A stretch of DNA of 35,024 bases from Candidatus Enterousia sp. (GTDB taxonomy: Bacteria > Pseudomonadota > Alphaproteobacteria > Rs-D84). A program made the translations under genes and the position numbers. Shown in pieces: positions 18,925 to 28,399 of this stretch; positions within the stretch are counted from its first letter, which is position 1; the number at the start of each line of letters is the position of its first letter. The notes under the pieces were generated by a model that saw only the letters and a program-made list of their open reading frames with translations, searched no databases and was not told the origin of the DNA. The stretch covers positions 1-35,024 of the forward strand of contig JAZNGD010000014.1 of NCBI GenBank assembly GCA_045576255.1, in the 5' to 3' direction.

Positions 18925-20691
18925 TTATTGAATAATTTCCTTAAATATCTCGGCCGGTATCGTTCCGCCCGTTATTTTTGAATTCATTGGTGTAAAATCA
19001 TCATTTCCAACCCATACCCCAACAACCTGGTTATCCACCGCGCCCACAAACCACGCATCACGATTTCCATTGCTGGTTCCTGTTTTTCCACCCAAAACCC
19101 CGGACGCTCTGGCGCGCCCCCCGGTTCCACCGACCGCAACAACATCTGCCAATAATTCGGACATATATTCAACAGTCTGGGGTTGCAAAACCTGAATTGG
19201 TTCAGACGGGTTTCGTTCATATATAACATTACCGCGTGCATCGGTCACCTTGGTAATTGAATACGGTCGCACAGAAAAGCCATTATTCCAAATAACCGCG
19301 TAAATATTCGTTAAATCCAGCAAACTCATTTCAGACGCACCCAAGACAGTTGAATATTCGCGACGCAATTTTGTTCCAACCCCCAAACGCCCTGCCATAG
19401 ACAAAACAGAATCAATTCCATATTCTTTGGTTAATTTCAACGGCACAGAATTTACACTTTTTGCAAACGCGGTTGCCAATGTAATATCGCCATAATATTT
19501 TTCGTTATAGTTTTTTGGATTATAATCCCCAACTGCAAACGGCGAATCATTTACATAAGATTCTGGGGTCAAACCATTTTCCAAAGCAACCAGATATACC
19601 ACCGGCTTGAAACTGCTGCCGGGCTGTCTGGGGGCAACCGCACGATTAAATTGACTGGACTGGTAATCACGACCGCCACTCATTGCGCGCAACGCACCAT
19701 CAGGCTGCATCGCGATAACCGCCCCCTGATAATCACCAACTTTATCTGAAACAACCGCGGCAACACGTCCCTGCAACCCCATATCCAACGTAGTATACAC
19801 AAACATATCCGATTCAAATTCACCAATTCTGGAACGCAATTCATCCATAACAAAATCCGTCCAATATCTGTACAAATTTGTATCTGCTGCTGGTGTTGCA
19901 GCGGTCAAACTTTGTGCCGCTGCACGCGCCTGATTTATTGTGATATATCCTTGGCGCACCATTTCAGTTAAAACCACACGCGCACGCGCAATGTTTTTTT
20001 CAGGCCTGCGCAATGGACTGTATGTCGTTGGCGCCTTTAACATCGCAGCAATTTGCGCAGCTTGCCCGATAGACAATTTGCTGGCAGGAACCTGAAACAT
20101 AACACGCGCAGCCGCATCAATTCCACGCATTCCACCAACCAAAGACACCCTGTTCATATACAAATCCAGAACTTGATTTTTTGTAAACCTGTTTTCCAGC
20201 CAATAAGACAAAATCAATTCTTGAACTTTTCTGGAAATCTTTTTTTCACGTGACAAAAACACATTTTTCGCGGTCTGTTGAGTTATCGTAGACCCACCAG
20301 CCGCAATCCGACCAGCCGCCAAATTAGAAAATACCGCACGTGTTATACCACGCAAATCAATTGGCCCATGTTCAAAGAAACGCTTGTCTTCAATTGCGAT
20401 AATCGCCTGCCAAACGTGTGGTGGCAAACTTTCAACCGACACAGGCGTTCCCATTATCCGATTTGCACTGCGAATTTCATTTCCGTCTTTATCCAAGAAC
20501 ACAACCGCAGCCGACCTGGTTTCATATAAAATCGCATCCAACGACGGCATACGCATATACACATACGTCACATACCCTGCCACCAAAACGCCCATCAACA
20601 ACGCAGTATTTATTACATACGCCATCAGCCGCCATTTCCACGACTTGGCATTTTTTTCCGATGTTTTTTTTCGTGTATTACGTACGTGCAT
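18925..20691 (-). CDS. Class A penicillin-binding protein (transglycosylase + transpeptidase)
   Basis: EDKRFFEH, GGSTITQQ, RKVQE; SSFK (SxxK), SVN (SxN), KTGT. Confidence 0.93.
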   Translation of the reverse strand: MHVRNTRKKTSEKNAKSWKWRLMAYVINTALLMGVLVAGYVTYVYMRMPSLDAILYETRSAAVVFLDKDGNEIRSANRIMGTPVSVESLPPHVWQAIIAIEDKRFFEHGPIDLRGITRAVFSNLAAGRIAAGGSTITQQTAKNVFLSREKKISRKVQELILSYWLENRFTKNQVLDLYMNRVSLVGGMRGIDAAARVMFQVPASKLSIGQAAQIAAMLKAPTTYSPLRRPEKNIARARVVLTEMVRQGYITINQARAAAQSLTAATPAADTNLYRYWTDFVMDELRSRIGEFESDMFVYTTLDMGLQGRVAAVVSDKVGDYQGAVIAMQPDGALRAMSGGRDYQSSQFNRAVAPRQPGSSFKPVVYLVALENGLTPESYVNDSPFAVGDYNPKNYNEKYYGDITLATAFAKSVNSVPLKLTKEYGIDSVLSMAGRLGVGTKLRREYSTVLGASEMSLLDLTNIYAVIWNNGFSVRPYSITKVTDARGNVIYERNPSEPIQVLQPQTVEYMSELLADVVAVGGTGGRARASGVLGGKTGTSNGNRDAWFVGAVDNQVVGVWVGNDDFTPMNSKITGGTIPAEIFKEIIQ

Positions 20692-20784
20692 TATACCCCC
20701 GTTTCTTGATGCATTTTATCATAAACAGCTTGCCTTTTTTAGCAAAATTTATAAAAATACGACAACAAGCAAAGGAAAAAAATC

Positions 20785-21393
20785 ATGAAAAAAATTGCAT
20801 TATGTTTAATGGTTTACGCATTTACAAATACTGCATACGCAGATGGCTGGCGCGACAATTATATTGGATTACGAATTCATAAAAACGAAAACATTACATT
20901 TAAATACGACAGAATTGGCGACACTGACACAACCGTACGTCGCGACAATTTTGGTCTGGGCGCGGTCATAGGCAATAAATTAAGTGAACACATTATCATT
21001 GAATACGAAACGGCGTATACCGGCGCAAAACAAAACAAATACTTGACAGAATACGATTACGACGTTTGGACAAATATGTTCAACATATACCTGACCCAAG
21101 AATTCGAAGGTGCAATTTCACCATATGCCGGCATTGGCATTGGCTTTGCGGGCATTTGGGGCGACATAAAAACACCAGCCAACCATATATCAGATTCAAC
21201 ATTTGACCTGTCTTATCAGGCAATGATTGGCATAAACTTTGAATTGAACGAACGTATTGATTTCAACTTGGGGTTAAAGTACCAATATTATGGCGAAATA
21301 GAACACAGCAAAAACGGAACAGAAATCGCAACAACTGATGTATCTGGCACAGAATTCTATTTTGGCGCATCATATAAATTCGATTTAAAGTAA
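20785..21393 (+). CDS. Outer-membrane beta-barrel protein (OmpA-like/opacity family)
   Basis: Signal peptide, PYAGIGIG, YQAMIGINF, C-terminal strand GASYKF. Confidence 0.85.
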   Translation: MKKIALCLMVYAFTNTAYADGWRDNYIGLRIHKNENITFKYDRIGDTDTTVRRDNFGLGAVIGNKLSEHIIIEYETAYTGAKQNKYLTEYDYDVWTNMFNIYLTQEFEGAISPYAGIGIGFAGIWGDIKTPANHISDSTFDLSYQAMIGINFELNERIDFNLGLKYQYYGEIEHSKNGTEIATTDVSGTEFYFGASYKFDLK

Positions 21394-21440
21394 AGACAAA
21401 TTTTCTTGCTTTTTACATCAATATTTGGCATAATAAATGT

Positions 21441-21497
21441 ATGTTAAAAAGCGCATTTATCTTTTCTGCAAATAAATGTTGGCGCATTGCCGCCTGA
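21441..21497 (+). promoter_or_regulatory. Putative trpS leader peptide/attenuator (MLKSAFIFSANKCWRIAA)
   Basis: TTGCTT-17-CATAAT, ATG 6 nt later, single TGG at codon 14 overlapping a GGCG/CGCC hairpin, then GCCC/GGGC plus a T-rich tract. Confidence 0.55.
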
Positions 21498-21582
21498 ATA
21501 TTTTTTATTGCCCTGCTTTAATTTTGGGCTTTCATTTTTAGTAAAATTTCATTAAAATTAAACACAAGAAAAGGTATTTATT

Positions 21583-22581
21583 ATGTCAAATACAGATAAA
21601 ATCGTTTTAACTGGGATAAAACCCACAGGAACACCGCATATCGGGAATTATATTGCCGCGCTGGAACCAGCCATAGAATATTCAAAAACACAAAAAACAT
21701 TTGTATTTATCGCGGATTTGCACGCATTAAATCTGATTCATGATGCCAAACAAATAAAACAGCATTCGAATGAAATCGCTGCAATGTTGATTGCGATGGG
21801 ATTAAATTTGGATAACGCCATATTATTCCGCCAATCTGACATTCCAGAAATATATCAACTGAACACCTTGCTTATGAACGTGACCCCAAAGGGTTTAATG
21901 AACCGCGCCCATTCATACAAGGCCGCAATGGACAAAAACATTGCGAACAACGACGATGTTGATGCCGGAATCAATATGGGATTATATACATACCCCGTGT
22001 TAATGAGTGCGGATATATTACTGTACAATTCCGATATTGTGCCTGTTGGCGCCGACCAAAAACAACATGTCGAATTTGCACGTGATATTGCCGGGTATTT
22101 TAACACGATTTACGGCGAAACGTTTAAATTACCGACCCCAGACATCAAACGCGAATCTGGGATTATTCCTGGCCTGGACGGCAGAAAGATGAGCAAATCT
22201 TACAACAACACCATCCCATTGATGGCGCCCGAAAAAGAATTAAAAAAGAAGATTATGCGCATTATTACCGATTCAAAAACACCCGAAGAATCTAAAAATC
22301 CAGAAGATTCAACAATTTTTCATCTGTACAAACATTTCGCAACAGAATCTGAAATCGCTGAATTTGCAGAAATGTTTCGCGCTGGGGGTATGGGATACGG
22401 CACCGCAAAAACAATATTGTTCGACAAGGTTAATTCTGTGCTGTCCACGCCACGCGCAGAATATGAACGACTGATGGCCAACCCCGATAAAATCGAACAA
22501 ATCTTGGCCGTTGGCGCAAAATACGCACAACCAATCGCAAGTATGACATTGGCACGCGTAAAAAAGGCAATGCTGGGATAA
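21583..22581 (+). CDS. trpS: Tryptophan--tRNA ligase
   Basis: TGIKPTGTPHIGN, YPVLMSADIL, VPVGADQKQH, KMSKSYNN. Confidence 0.97.
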   Translation: MSNTDKIVLTGIKPTGTPHIGNYIAALEPAIEYSKTQKTFVFIADLHALNLIHDAKQIKQHSNEIAAMLIAMGLNLDNAILFRQSDIPEIYQLNTLLMNVTPKGLMNRAHSYKAAMDKNIANNDDVDAGINMGLYTYPVLMSADILLYNSDIVPVGADQKQHVEFARDIAGYFNTIYGETFKLPTPDIKRESGIIPGLDGRKMSKSYNNTIPLMAPEKELKKKIMRIITDSKTPEESKNPEDSTIFHLYKHFATESEIAEFAEMFRAGGMGYGTAKTILFDKVNSVLSTPRAEYERLMANPDKIEQILAVGAKYAQPIASMTLARVKKAMLG

Positions 22582-22600
22582 AAAGCAAAGGAAAAAAATT

Positions 22601-23338
22601 ATGAAAAAAAATCCACTTGTTTTTATTATCGGAATGACAGCTGTTTTCGCATTGATAATGACAGCGTTTAAAAAAACGAACCAGTTTTCTGTCCCACGTA
22701 CAATTGCGGTCAGTGGTGAATGTCTGACGACTGCGCCACGCGACAAAACCGCAATTACATTACGCGTATCTGCGCTGTCCAAGAACGCGACAGAATCTAT
22801 CCGCAATGCCAGCAATCAAATGGCAGAAATCACAAAATACTTAAAAACATTGCCTGTTGAAATGCAAACCACGCAATTTAATTCTTATGAAAAAACAGAA
22901 TGGAATCGCAACGAGCAAAAATCTGTTGTTCTGGGCATTGAAACAAACATATCAGTCGAAATTTCTGCAAACAACACAGAAACAATCGAACAGATTCTTG
23001 GGCGTTTTTCAGAAAAAGATGACATATATTCCGAAAACCTGCGAATGTATACCAGCCCACAAGTTTTAAACCAGATTATAGAAAATTGTCTGGGGACAGC
23101 AGTTGAAAACGCACGCAATCGGGCAAAAGCATTGGCCCAAGGCGACAATGTCCAAGTTGGCAAAATATTATCTTTGTCATATAACACAAATGCCCAAGAA
23201 GTCTTAAACCCGACAAACGGTTTATTACGAACAAAAATCGCATCTGCCGACAGTGTCGCATCGGCTTCTGGCACAATCGTATCACGCAATTCTGACGTGT
23301 CCGTATCTGTTTCTGCGACATTTGAAATCAAGGATTAA
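22601..23338 (+). CDS. SIMPL/DUF541 domain periplasmic protein
   Basis: RTIAVSGE..APRD, AVENARNRAKALA..VGKI, VSVSVSATFEI. Confidence 0.85.
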   Translation: MKKNPLVFIIGMTAVFALIMTAFKKTNQFSVPRTIAVSGECLTTAPRDKTAITLRVSALSKNATESIRNASNQMAEITKYLKTLPVEMQTTQFNSYEKTEWNRNEQKSVVLGIETNISVEISANNTETIEQILGRFSEKDDIYSENLRMYTSPQVLNQIIENCLGTAVENARNRAKALAQGDNVQVGKILSLSYNTNAQEVLNPTNGLLRTKIASADSVASASGTIVSRNSDVSVSVSATFEIKD

Positions 23339-23340
23339 TC

Positions 23341-24252
23341 TTGCAAAACACCCTTGACAATTTTACAGAATACCTGACGAAAACAAAAAACTTTTCGTCT
23401 TATACGGTTTCGGCATACCAAGCAGACATTCAAGATTTTCTGAAATTTTATGAAAAATTTAATGGCACCCCACCATTTCCGCGTGATTTGGCGCGTCCTG
23501 ACACATTGTGCTTTCGATCATACTTGGCAGATCGTCAAAAACGCGGTCTGGCGCACAAATCGACTGCACGCGCCCTGTCGTCGATACGCGGATTTTATCG
23601 ATTCTTGGCCCGCAAATACGGCATTGAAAACGACGCAATTGGGTTAATATCTTCACCAAAAATCCCACGCAAACTGTCCAAAGCCATCGACCCAATAGAT
23701 GTTGAAAATATGCACGGCGCAATTCGCAGCATAGACAACTCAGAACCATGGATTGCTGCGCGCGATTGGGCATTGGTGGTATTATTATTCGGCTGTGGGC
23801 TGCGCATATCCGAAGCGCTGTCGTTACGAAACTGCGACGTATCTGGCCGCCCCGACGTTTTAAGAATTACTGGCAAAGGAAACAAAGAACGGCTGGTTCC
23901 TGTATTGCCTGTTGTGTGGGACGCAATTGAAAAATACATCCGTCTTCGCCCCTTTGGCAATGACAAAAATGACGAATTATTCCGCAGTGTACGCGGTCTG
24001 CCAATGACACCACGCATGGCACAAAAAGTTGTTGAAAACCTGCGTCATTACCTGCAACTGCCAGATTATGTCACCCCACACGCACTGCGCCACACATTTG
24101 CGACCGCACTGTTGGCAGGTGGGGCCGATTTACGCAGTCTGCAAGAATTGCTGGGACATTCATCGCTGTCTACAACCCAGTTATACACCAAAGTAAATAT
24201 GGCCGAAATATCAAACATATACGCCAACGCCCACCCACGCGCGCACGACTAA
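23341..24252 (+). CDS. xerC: Tyrosine recombinase XerC-like
   Basis: YQADI, STARALSSIRGFY, GLRISEAL, GKGNKER, TPHALRHTFATALL, LQELLGH, TTQLYT; TTG start after AAGGA. Confidence 0.88.
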   Translation: MQNTLDNFTEYLTKTKNFSSYTVSAYQADIQDFLKFYEKFNGTPPFPRDLARPDTLCFRSYLADRQKRGLAHKSTARALSSIRGFYRFLARKYGIENDAIGLISSPKIPRKLSKAIDPIDVENMHGAIRSIDNSEPWIAARDWALVVLLFGCGLRISEALSLRNCDVSGRPDVLRITGKGNKERLVPVLPVVWDAIEKYIRLRPFGNDKNDELFRSVRGLPMTPRMAQKVVENLRHYLQLPDYVTPHALRHTFATALLAGGADLRSLQELLGHSSLSTTQLYTKVNMAEISNIYANAHPRAHD

Positions 24253-25076
24253 ATAATATTTTTCAGCCCGATTAATTTTACACCATAATCTTGGGCATAT
24301 TTTTGCGCGTCGGCAAATTTTTCTGCGACCTGGGCAATATGATGCGCATCATCAGACAAAAACATTGGCACACCAGCCCCCACACACATTTCCATAATAC
24401 GTCCTGTTGGATGTGGCTGTCCGAACCGCTTGTACAAAGCCGTATTTATTTCCACAGGAATTTTATTTTTTGCGATTACATCTGTTGTTTCTTGTTCTGT
24501 ATCCGCCCACTTATCATCTTGACCCAAATTTAATCGTCTTGGCAAGTCAATATGCGCAAGAAAAGTAAAAATTCCAGATTTTGCCATTTCTTGAACTTTG
24601 TGCCAATAAGCCATCAACATTTCATCAGATGTTTCAGCGTCTGCCCTTTTCATAGAGTGAATATTACATATCTGCCCTTTAAAATCAATCAAATGACACG
24701 CACCAATCAAGTAATCTGGCTTTAAAGTTTGAACAGCCCTGTCAAATCCGCGCATCCATTTCTGCGAAGGGAAAAAATCAACTTCCATTCCGCGCAAAAT
24801 TTTTACTTTTTTATCTGCGGCAACACGTTCCAGTTCATCATAATGTTTTCGGAACAAAGAAACAACATCATCAAATTTATCATTATATATTTTTTCATAT
24901 CCACCAAGCACCGCGAAACGATAAAAAGGCGCCTGTTTTACATCTTGGTGGACAATAAAATGATTAGAAATTCCGACGGTATTCATACCATTTTCCACAG
25001 CCGCATCGACCATTTCTGCGGCGGTATTTTTACCATCGAAATCGACAGTATGCATATGCAGATTAAAATCTTGCAT
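24249..25076 (-). CDS. PHP-domain phosphatase (HisJ-like)
   Basis: HMHT..DG, ISNH, GMEVDF, IGACH, AHIDL, EINT, SDDAH. Confidence 0.85.
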   Translation of the reverse strand: MQDFNLHMHTVDFDGKNTAAEMVDAAVENGMNTVGISNHFIVHQDVKQAPFYRFAVLGGYEKIYNDKFDDVVSLFRKHYDELERVAADKKVKILRGMEVDFFPSQKWMRGFDRAVQTLKPDYLIGACHLIDFKGQICNIHSMKRADAETSDEMLMAYWHKVQEMAKSGIFTFLAHIDLPRRLNLGQDDKWADTEQETTDVIAKNKIPVEINTALYKRFGQPHPTGRIMEMCVGAGVPMFLSDDAHHIAQVAEKFADAQKYAQDYGVKLIGLKNII

Positions 25077-25090
25077 CTTTTTTTTCCTTT

Positions 25091-25113
25091 AAAAAAGCCC
25101 CGGATTGGGGCTT
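25091..25113 (-). terminator. rpsU terminator
   Basis: AAGCCCC hairpin followed by T6 on the minus strand. Confidence 0.7.
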
Positions 25114-25126
25114 AAAAAAATCAAAA

Positions 25127-25333
25127 TTAGAAACCGAAAACCATACGTTGTTTAGATTGACGTTTCTTTTCGTTACGAACGGCTTCTTCTTTCAAGCGTT
25201 TACGTTTTGTAGTTGGTTTTTCAAAACGCTGACGTTCTTTCATTTCGCGGTACAGACCTTCTTTTTGAGATTTGCGTTTTGCGACACGCAAAGCCTGTTC
25301 TACGTTATTATCGCGAACCAAAACTTTTACCAT
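25127..25333 (-). CDS. rpsU: 30S ribosomal protein S21
   Basis: [26 protein letters not shown]. Confidence 0.96.
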   Translation of the reverse strand: MVKVLVRDNNVEQALRVAKRKSQKEGLYREMKERQRFEKPTTKRKRLKEEAVRNEKKRQSKQRMVFGF

Positions 25334-25376
25334 ATATATTCACCCCCTTTTGGCGAACTTGTATTTATTTTTATTT

Positions 25377-25399
25377 AAAAGGGGATTTCCATCCCCTTT
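25377..25399 (-). terminator. Terminator between tRNA-Ala and rpsU
   Basis: AAAGGGGA-TGGAAA-TCCCCTTTT on the minus strand. Confidence 0.6.
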
Positions 25400-25409
25400 C
25401 CTTTTGTTT

Positions 25410-25485
25410 TGGTGGAGCTGATCAGGCTCGAACTGACGACCCCCTGCTTGCAAAGCAGGTGCTCTACCAACTGAGCTACAACCCC
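25410..25485 (-). tRNA. tRNA-Ala(TGC)
   Basis: GGGGTTGTAGCTCAGTTGGTAGAGC, anticodon arm CCTGC-TTTGCAA-GCAGG, TTCGAG, ending CTCCACCA; 76 nt with encoded CCA. Confidence 0.97.
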
Positions 25486-25557
25486 AAAACTTTGCACTTT
25501 CAAATGAAAGCGAACTGATTTTATACATTATGAAACAAAATGTCAATAAAAAAAACA

Positions 25558-26439
25558 CTATCTGCTTAAAAATAAGCTTCTGCTGCGATTTACCAAAAAA
25601 TCTATTCGGTCAGATTTAGAACGCACAAATTTCATCAAATATCTGATACTATTGTGTATCATCGCAGTTTCTAAACTATCAACATTTTCAACATCCAGGC
25701 GCAATTTTTGCAAATCTGACAGATTGAACGCATTGCTTGCGTCGGTCATATCTTCTTGCTTTTTATATTTCACTTCCACAAAGAAATTATCAAATCTTTT
25801 ATTTATATCACGCAAATATTGTTTTTGCGTTTCAATATCCATATGTGGCAAACATCCGACAGAAACGACAGTATTCAAACCGGTATCTTCGTTTCTTTTT
25901 GCCATTTTTTTTGCCGCATCCCAATCTATAAAAGTTGGCATTTTTCTGCTTAATTCATATGATGCTTTGGTGTATAATTCTGCGATTTCTGGCATTACAT
26001 CCACACAAAAAACATTTGGCAAATCATATCTGGCTTGGAATACCGCACTTAAAGGCGACAACCCACACCCCAAGTCGCAAAACGTCACCATCTTATCCTG
26101 ATTCAATTTATCGTTCAAAAACGAAACACTTTCTTGAAAGCGCAAGGCATAATGTAGGGCCTGAACACTGACATCATGCGCATCACCAACACATTTTGGG
26201 ACAAATTCTTTAGAAACAGACGCATTTTTTATCAATTTATTACCAATAGTCCCTAACCTATTTTTATATTTATCAGCTTTTAATAAACACAATAAAACCT
26301 TATTCCATTCTTCTATCAGTATTATCGCATCTTTATCAATCACGCCCGCAAAATTTTTATACTTCTTTAACGCCCCTTCCAGAAACAAAGTACAAGAAAG
26401 AGCCATACCTACACTACCAAAATAATCGTTTTTATTCAT
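25558..26439 (-). CDS. Putative class I SAM-dependent methyltransferase
   Basis: Motif I TFCDLGCGLSPL and motif II VFCVD. ATG 26439 follows AAGGA; the ORF-track GTG at 26466 abuts a -10 box. Confidence 0.65.
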   Translation of the reverse strand: MNKNDYFGSVGMALSCTLFLEGALKKYKNFAGVIDKDAIILIEEWNKVLLCLLKADKYKNRLGTIGNKLIKNASVSKEFVPKCVGDAHDVSVQALHYALRFQESVSFLNDKLNQDKMVTFCDLGCGLSPLSAVFQARYDLPNVFCVDVMPEIAELYTKASYELSRKMPTFIDWDAAKKMAKRNEDTGLNTVVSVGCLPHMDIETQKQYLRDINKRFDNFFVEVKYKKQEDMTDASNAFNLSDLQKLRLDVENVDSLETAMIHNSIRYLMKFVRSKSDRIDFLVNRSRSLFLSR

Positions 26440-26565
26440 AAGAACCAAATTCCTTATAGCCGGCACATACTATCACAAATATTTTTTATGTCAACAATTA
26501 TTAAAATAACATTTTTATTATTAAAAACCATAGACATTTTGTAGCCCGGTTCGTATAATGCAAAC

Positions 26566-28371
26566 ATGACAAATAAAATTAAAACCTTTATTAAAGGCGA
26601 CCAAAATAACAAACGTGTAAAATGGTCATTATATGGACGCGTATGGCGCGAAATCGGAAAACCTTATTGGAAATGGCTGCTGTTTGGAATAATATTTACC
26701 ATTCTTGCTGCTGGTGCCGAAGCTTACACAATCACCATTGTTCAACAAGTTGTAGACAAGGCATTTATTGAAAAAAGTATGACGGCCATATACTGGCTGG
26801 GCATCCAAGTCATCGTTGCTTTTGGTGCCAAAGGCGCATTTACATACGCCAAAGATTTAATTATATCCAAAGGCGGCCTGTTGGCCAGTGCGCGCTTGCA
26901 AAATAAAATATACCGTCATCTGACACAAATGAACATATCGCGTTTTTATGGCGATGGCATTGGCAAAAGCCTGAATTATTTTACCGTCCAATCAACTGCG
27001 GTATTAAATCTGGTCACGAACAACGTGATAAAATTGGTACAAAACGTTGCAACATTGGCAATGACGTTGGCTTTAATGGTGTACTATGCGCATCAAATGT
27101 GCTTGGTATTATTATTCTTGACGCCTGCTATTATGATTCCAATGGTTGTGATTATGCGCAAAAGACGCAAGTTGTCACGCCAATCATTTGGCATTGCAAA
27201 CAATGTCACCCAACAAATCAATCAGACTTTACAAGGCATAAAAACCGTCCAGGCATTCTGCGCCCAAGAACGCGAACAAAAAAACTTTGCGAATGTAATG
27301 AACGCATCAATTAACAACGCATATAAAAGCACCCAAGTCAATGCGTTGCGGTCGCCATTAATGGAATTTATGATTTCAATTGGTTTATGCATTGCGATGA
27401 TTATGGGCGGTCATTTTATTGCCAGTGGCGCGATTACGACTGGGGACTTTACGGCATTTTTATTGGCTTTAACCGCTGCATACAAACCTGCGAAAAGCAT
27501 TACCAGCACTGGCGACACAATTCAGCATGGATTACTGGCCGCGGAAATATTATTTGAATTTTTGGACAGCAAACCTGCCATTGTTGACAGCAAAGACGCC
27601 AAAAATTTAACTTCCAAGAAATTATCAATTGCTTTCAACAACGTTTCGTTCGGATACAATGAAAATGAACCAGTGCTTAAAAACATCGATTTCAAAGTAC
27701 CATCTGGTCGTGTATGTGCGCTGGTTGGCCCATCAGGCGGTGGAAAAACAACTATATTTAACTTATTACTGCGCTTTTACGACCCAGAATCGGGAAAAAT
27801 TACAATAAATAATACAGATATAAAGAAATACACTTTAAAATCCCTGCGCGACAGTATCGCAGAAGTTTCACAATCTGTATTCTTGTTTAACGGCACAATC
27901 GAAGACAACATTAAATACGGAAACCCGGGTGCCACACACGAAATGGTTGTTTCTGCTGCACGCGCTGCGAACGCAGATGATTTTATCAACGAATTTCCAA
28001 ATGGTTACGAAACACCTGTTGGCGAAGGCGGCGCATTATTATCTGGCGGCCAAAAACAAAGAATCGCAATCGCACGCGCAATATTAAAAGATGCTCCAAT
28101 ATTATTACTGGACGAAGCAACATCTGCGCTGGACACACACAGCGAAAAGATAATTCAAACGACATTAAACAATCTGATGCGTGGCCGTACAACATTTGTA
28201 ATTGCGCACCGTCTGTCGACCATTTTGGACGCGGATATGATTTGTGTAATCAAAGACGGCGAAATAATAGAAGTCGGCACAGATTCAGAATTGTACAAAT
28301 TAAATGGCGAATATCGCAAACTGCGCGACATACAATTTAAAACCAAACCAACAAAAAAGACAAAAAAATAA
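26566..28371 (+). CDS. MsbA-like lipid/ABC exporter
   Basis: TMD with TTGDFTAFLLALTAAYKPAKS; NBD with GPSGGGKTT, LSGGQKQR, DEATSALD. Confidence 0.9.
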   Translation: MTNKIKTFIKGDQNNKRVKWSLYGRVWREIGKPYWKWLLFGIIFTILAAGAEAYTITIVQQVVDKAFIEKSMTAIYWLGIQVIVAFGAKGAFTYAKDLIISKGGLLASARLQNKIYRHLTQMNISRFYGDGIGKSLNYFTVQSTAVLNLVTNNVIKLVQNVATLAMTLALMVYYAHQMCLVLLFLTPAIMIPMVVIMRKRRKLSRQSFGIANNVTQQINQTLQGIKTVQAFCAQEREQKNFANVMNASINNAYKSTQVNALRSPLMEFMISIGLCIAMIMGGHFIASGAITTGDFTAFLLALTAAYKPAKSITSTGDTIQHGLLAAEILFEFLDSKPAIVDSKDAKNLTSKKLSIAFNNVSFGYNENEPVLKNIDFKVPSGRVCALVGPSGGGKTTIFNLLLRFYDPESGKITINNTDIKKYTLKSLRDSIAEVSQSVFLFNGTIEDNIKYGNPGATHEMVVSAARAANADDFINEFPNGYETPVGEGGALLSGGQKQRIAIARAILKDAPILLLDEATSALDTHSEKIIQTTLNNLMRGRTTFVIAHRLSTILDADMICVIKDGEIIEVGTDSELYKLNGEYRKLRDIQFKTKPTKKTKK

Positions 28372-28399
28372 AAAAAATCGCCCATACGGGCGTTTTTTT
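28371..28399. terminator. Bidirectional terminator
   Basis: A-run, CGCCC-ATAC-GGGCG, T-run. Confidence 0.8.

Noticed and set aside
23341-24252. Tyrosine recombinase as a prophage or island integrase
   Set aside because: XerC-like length and motifs, operonic with trpS and SIMPL, and no att sites or cargo.
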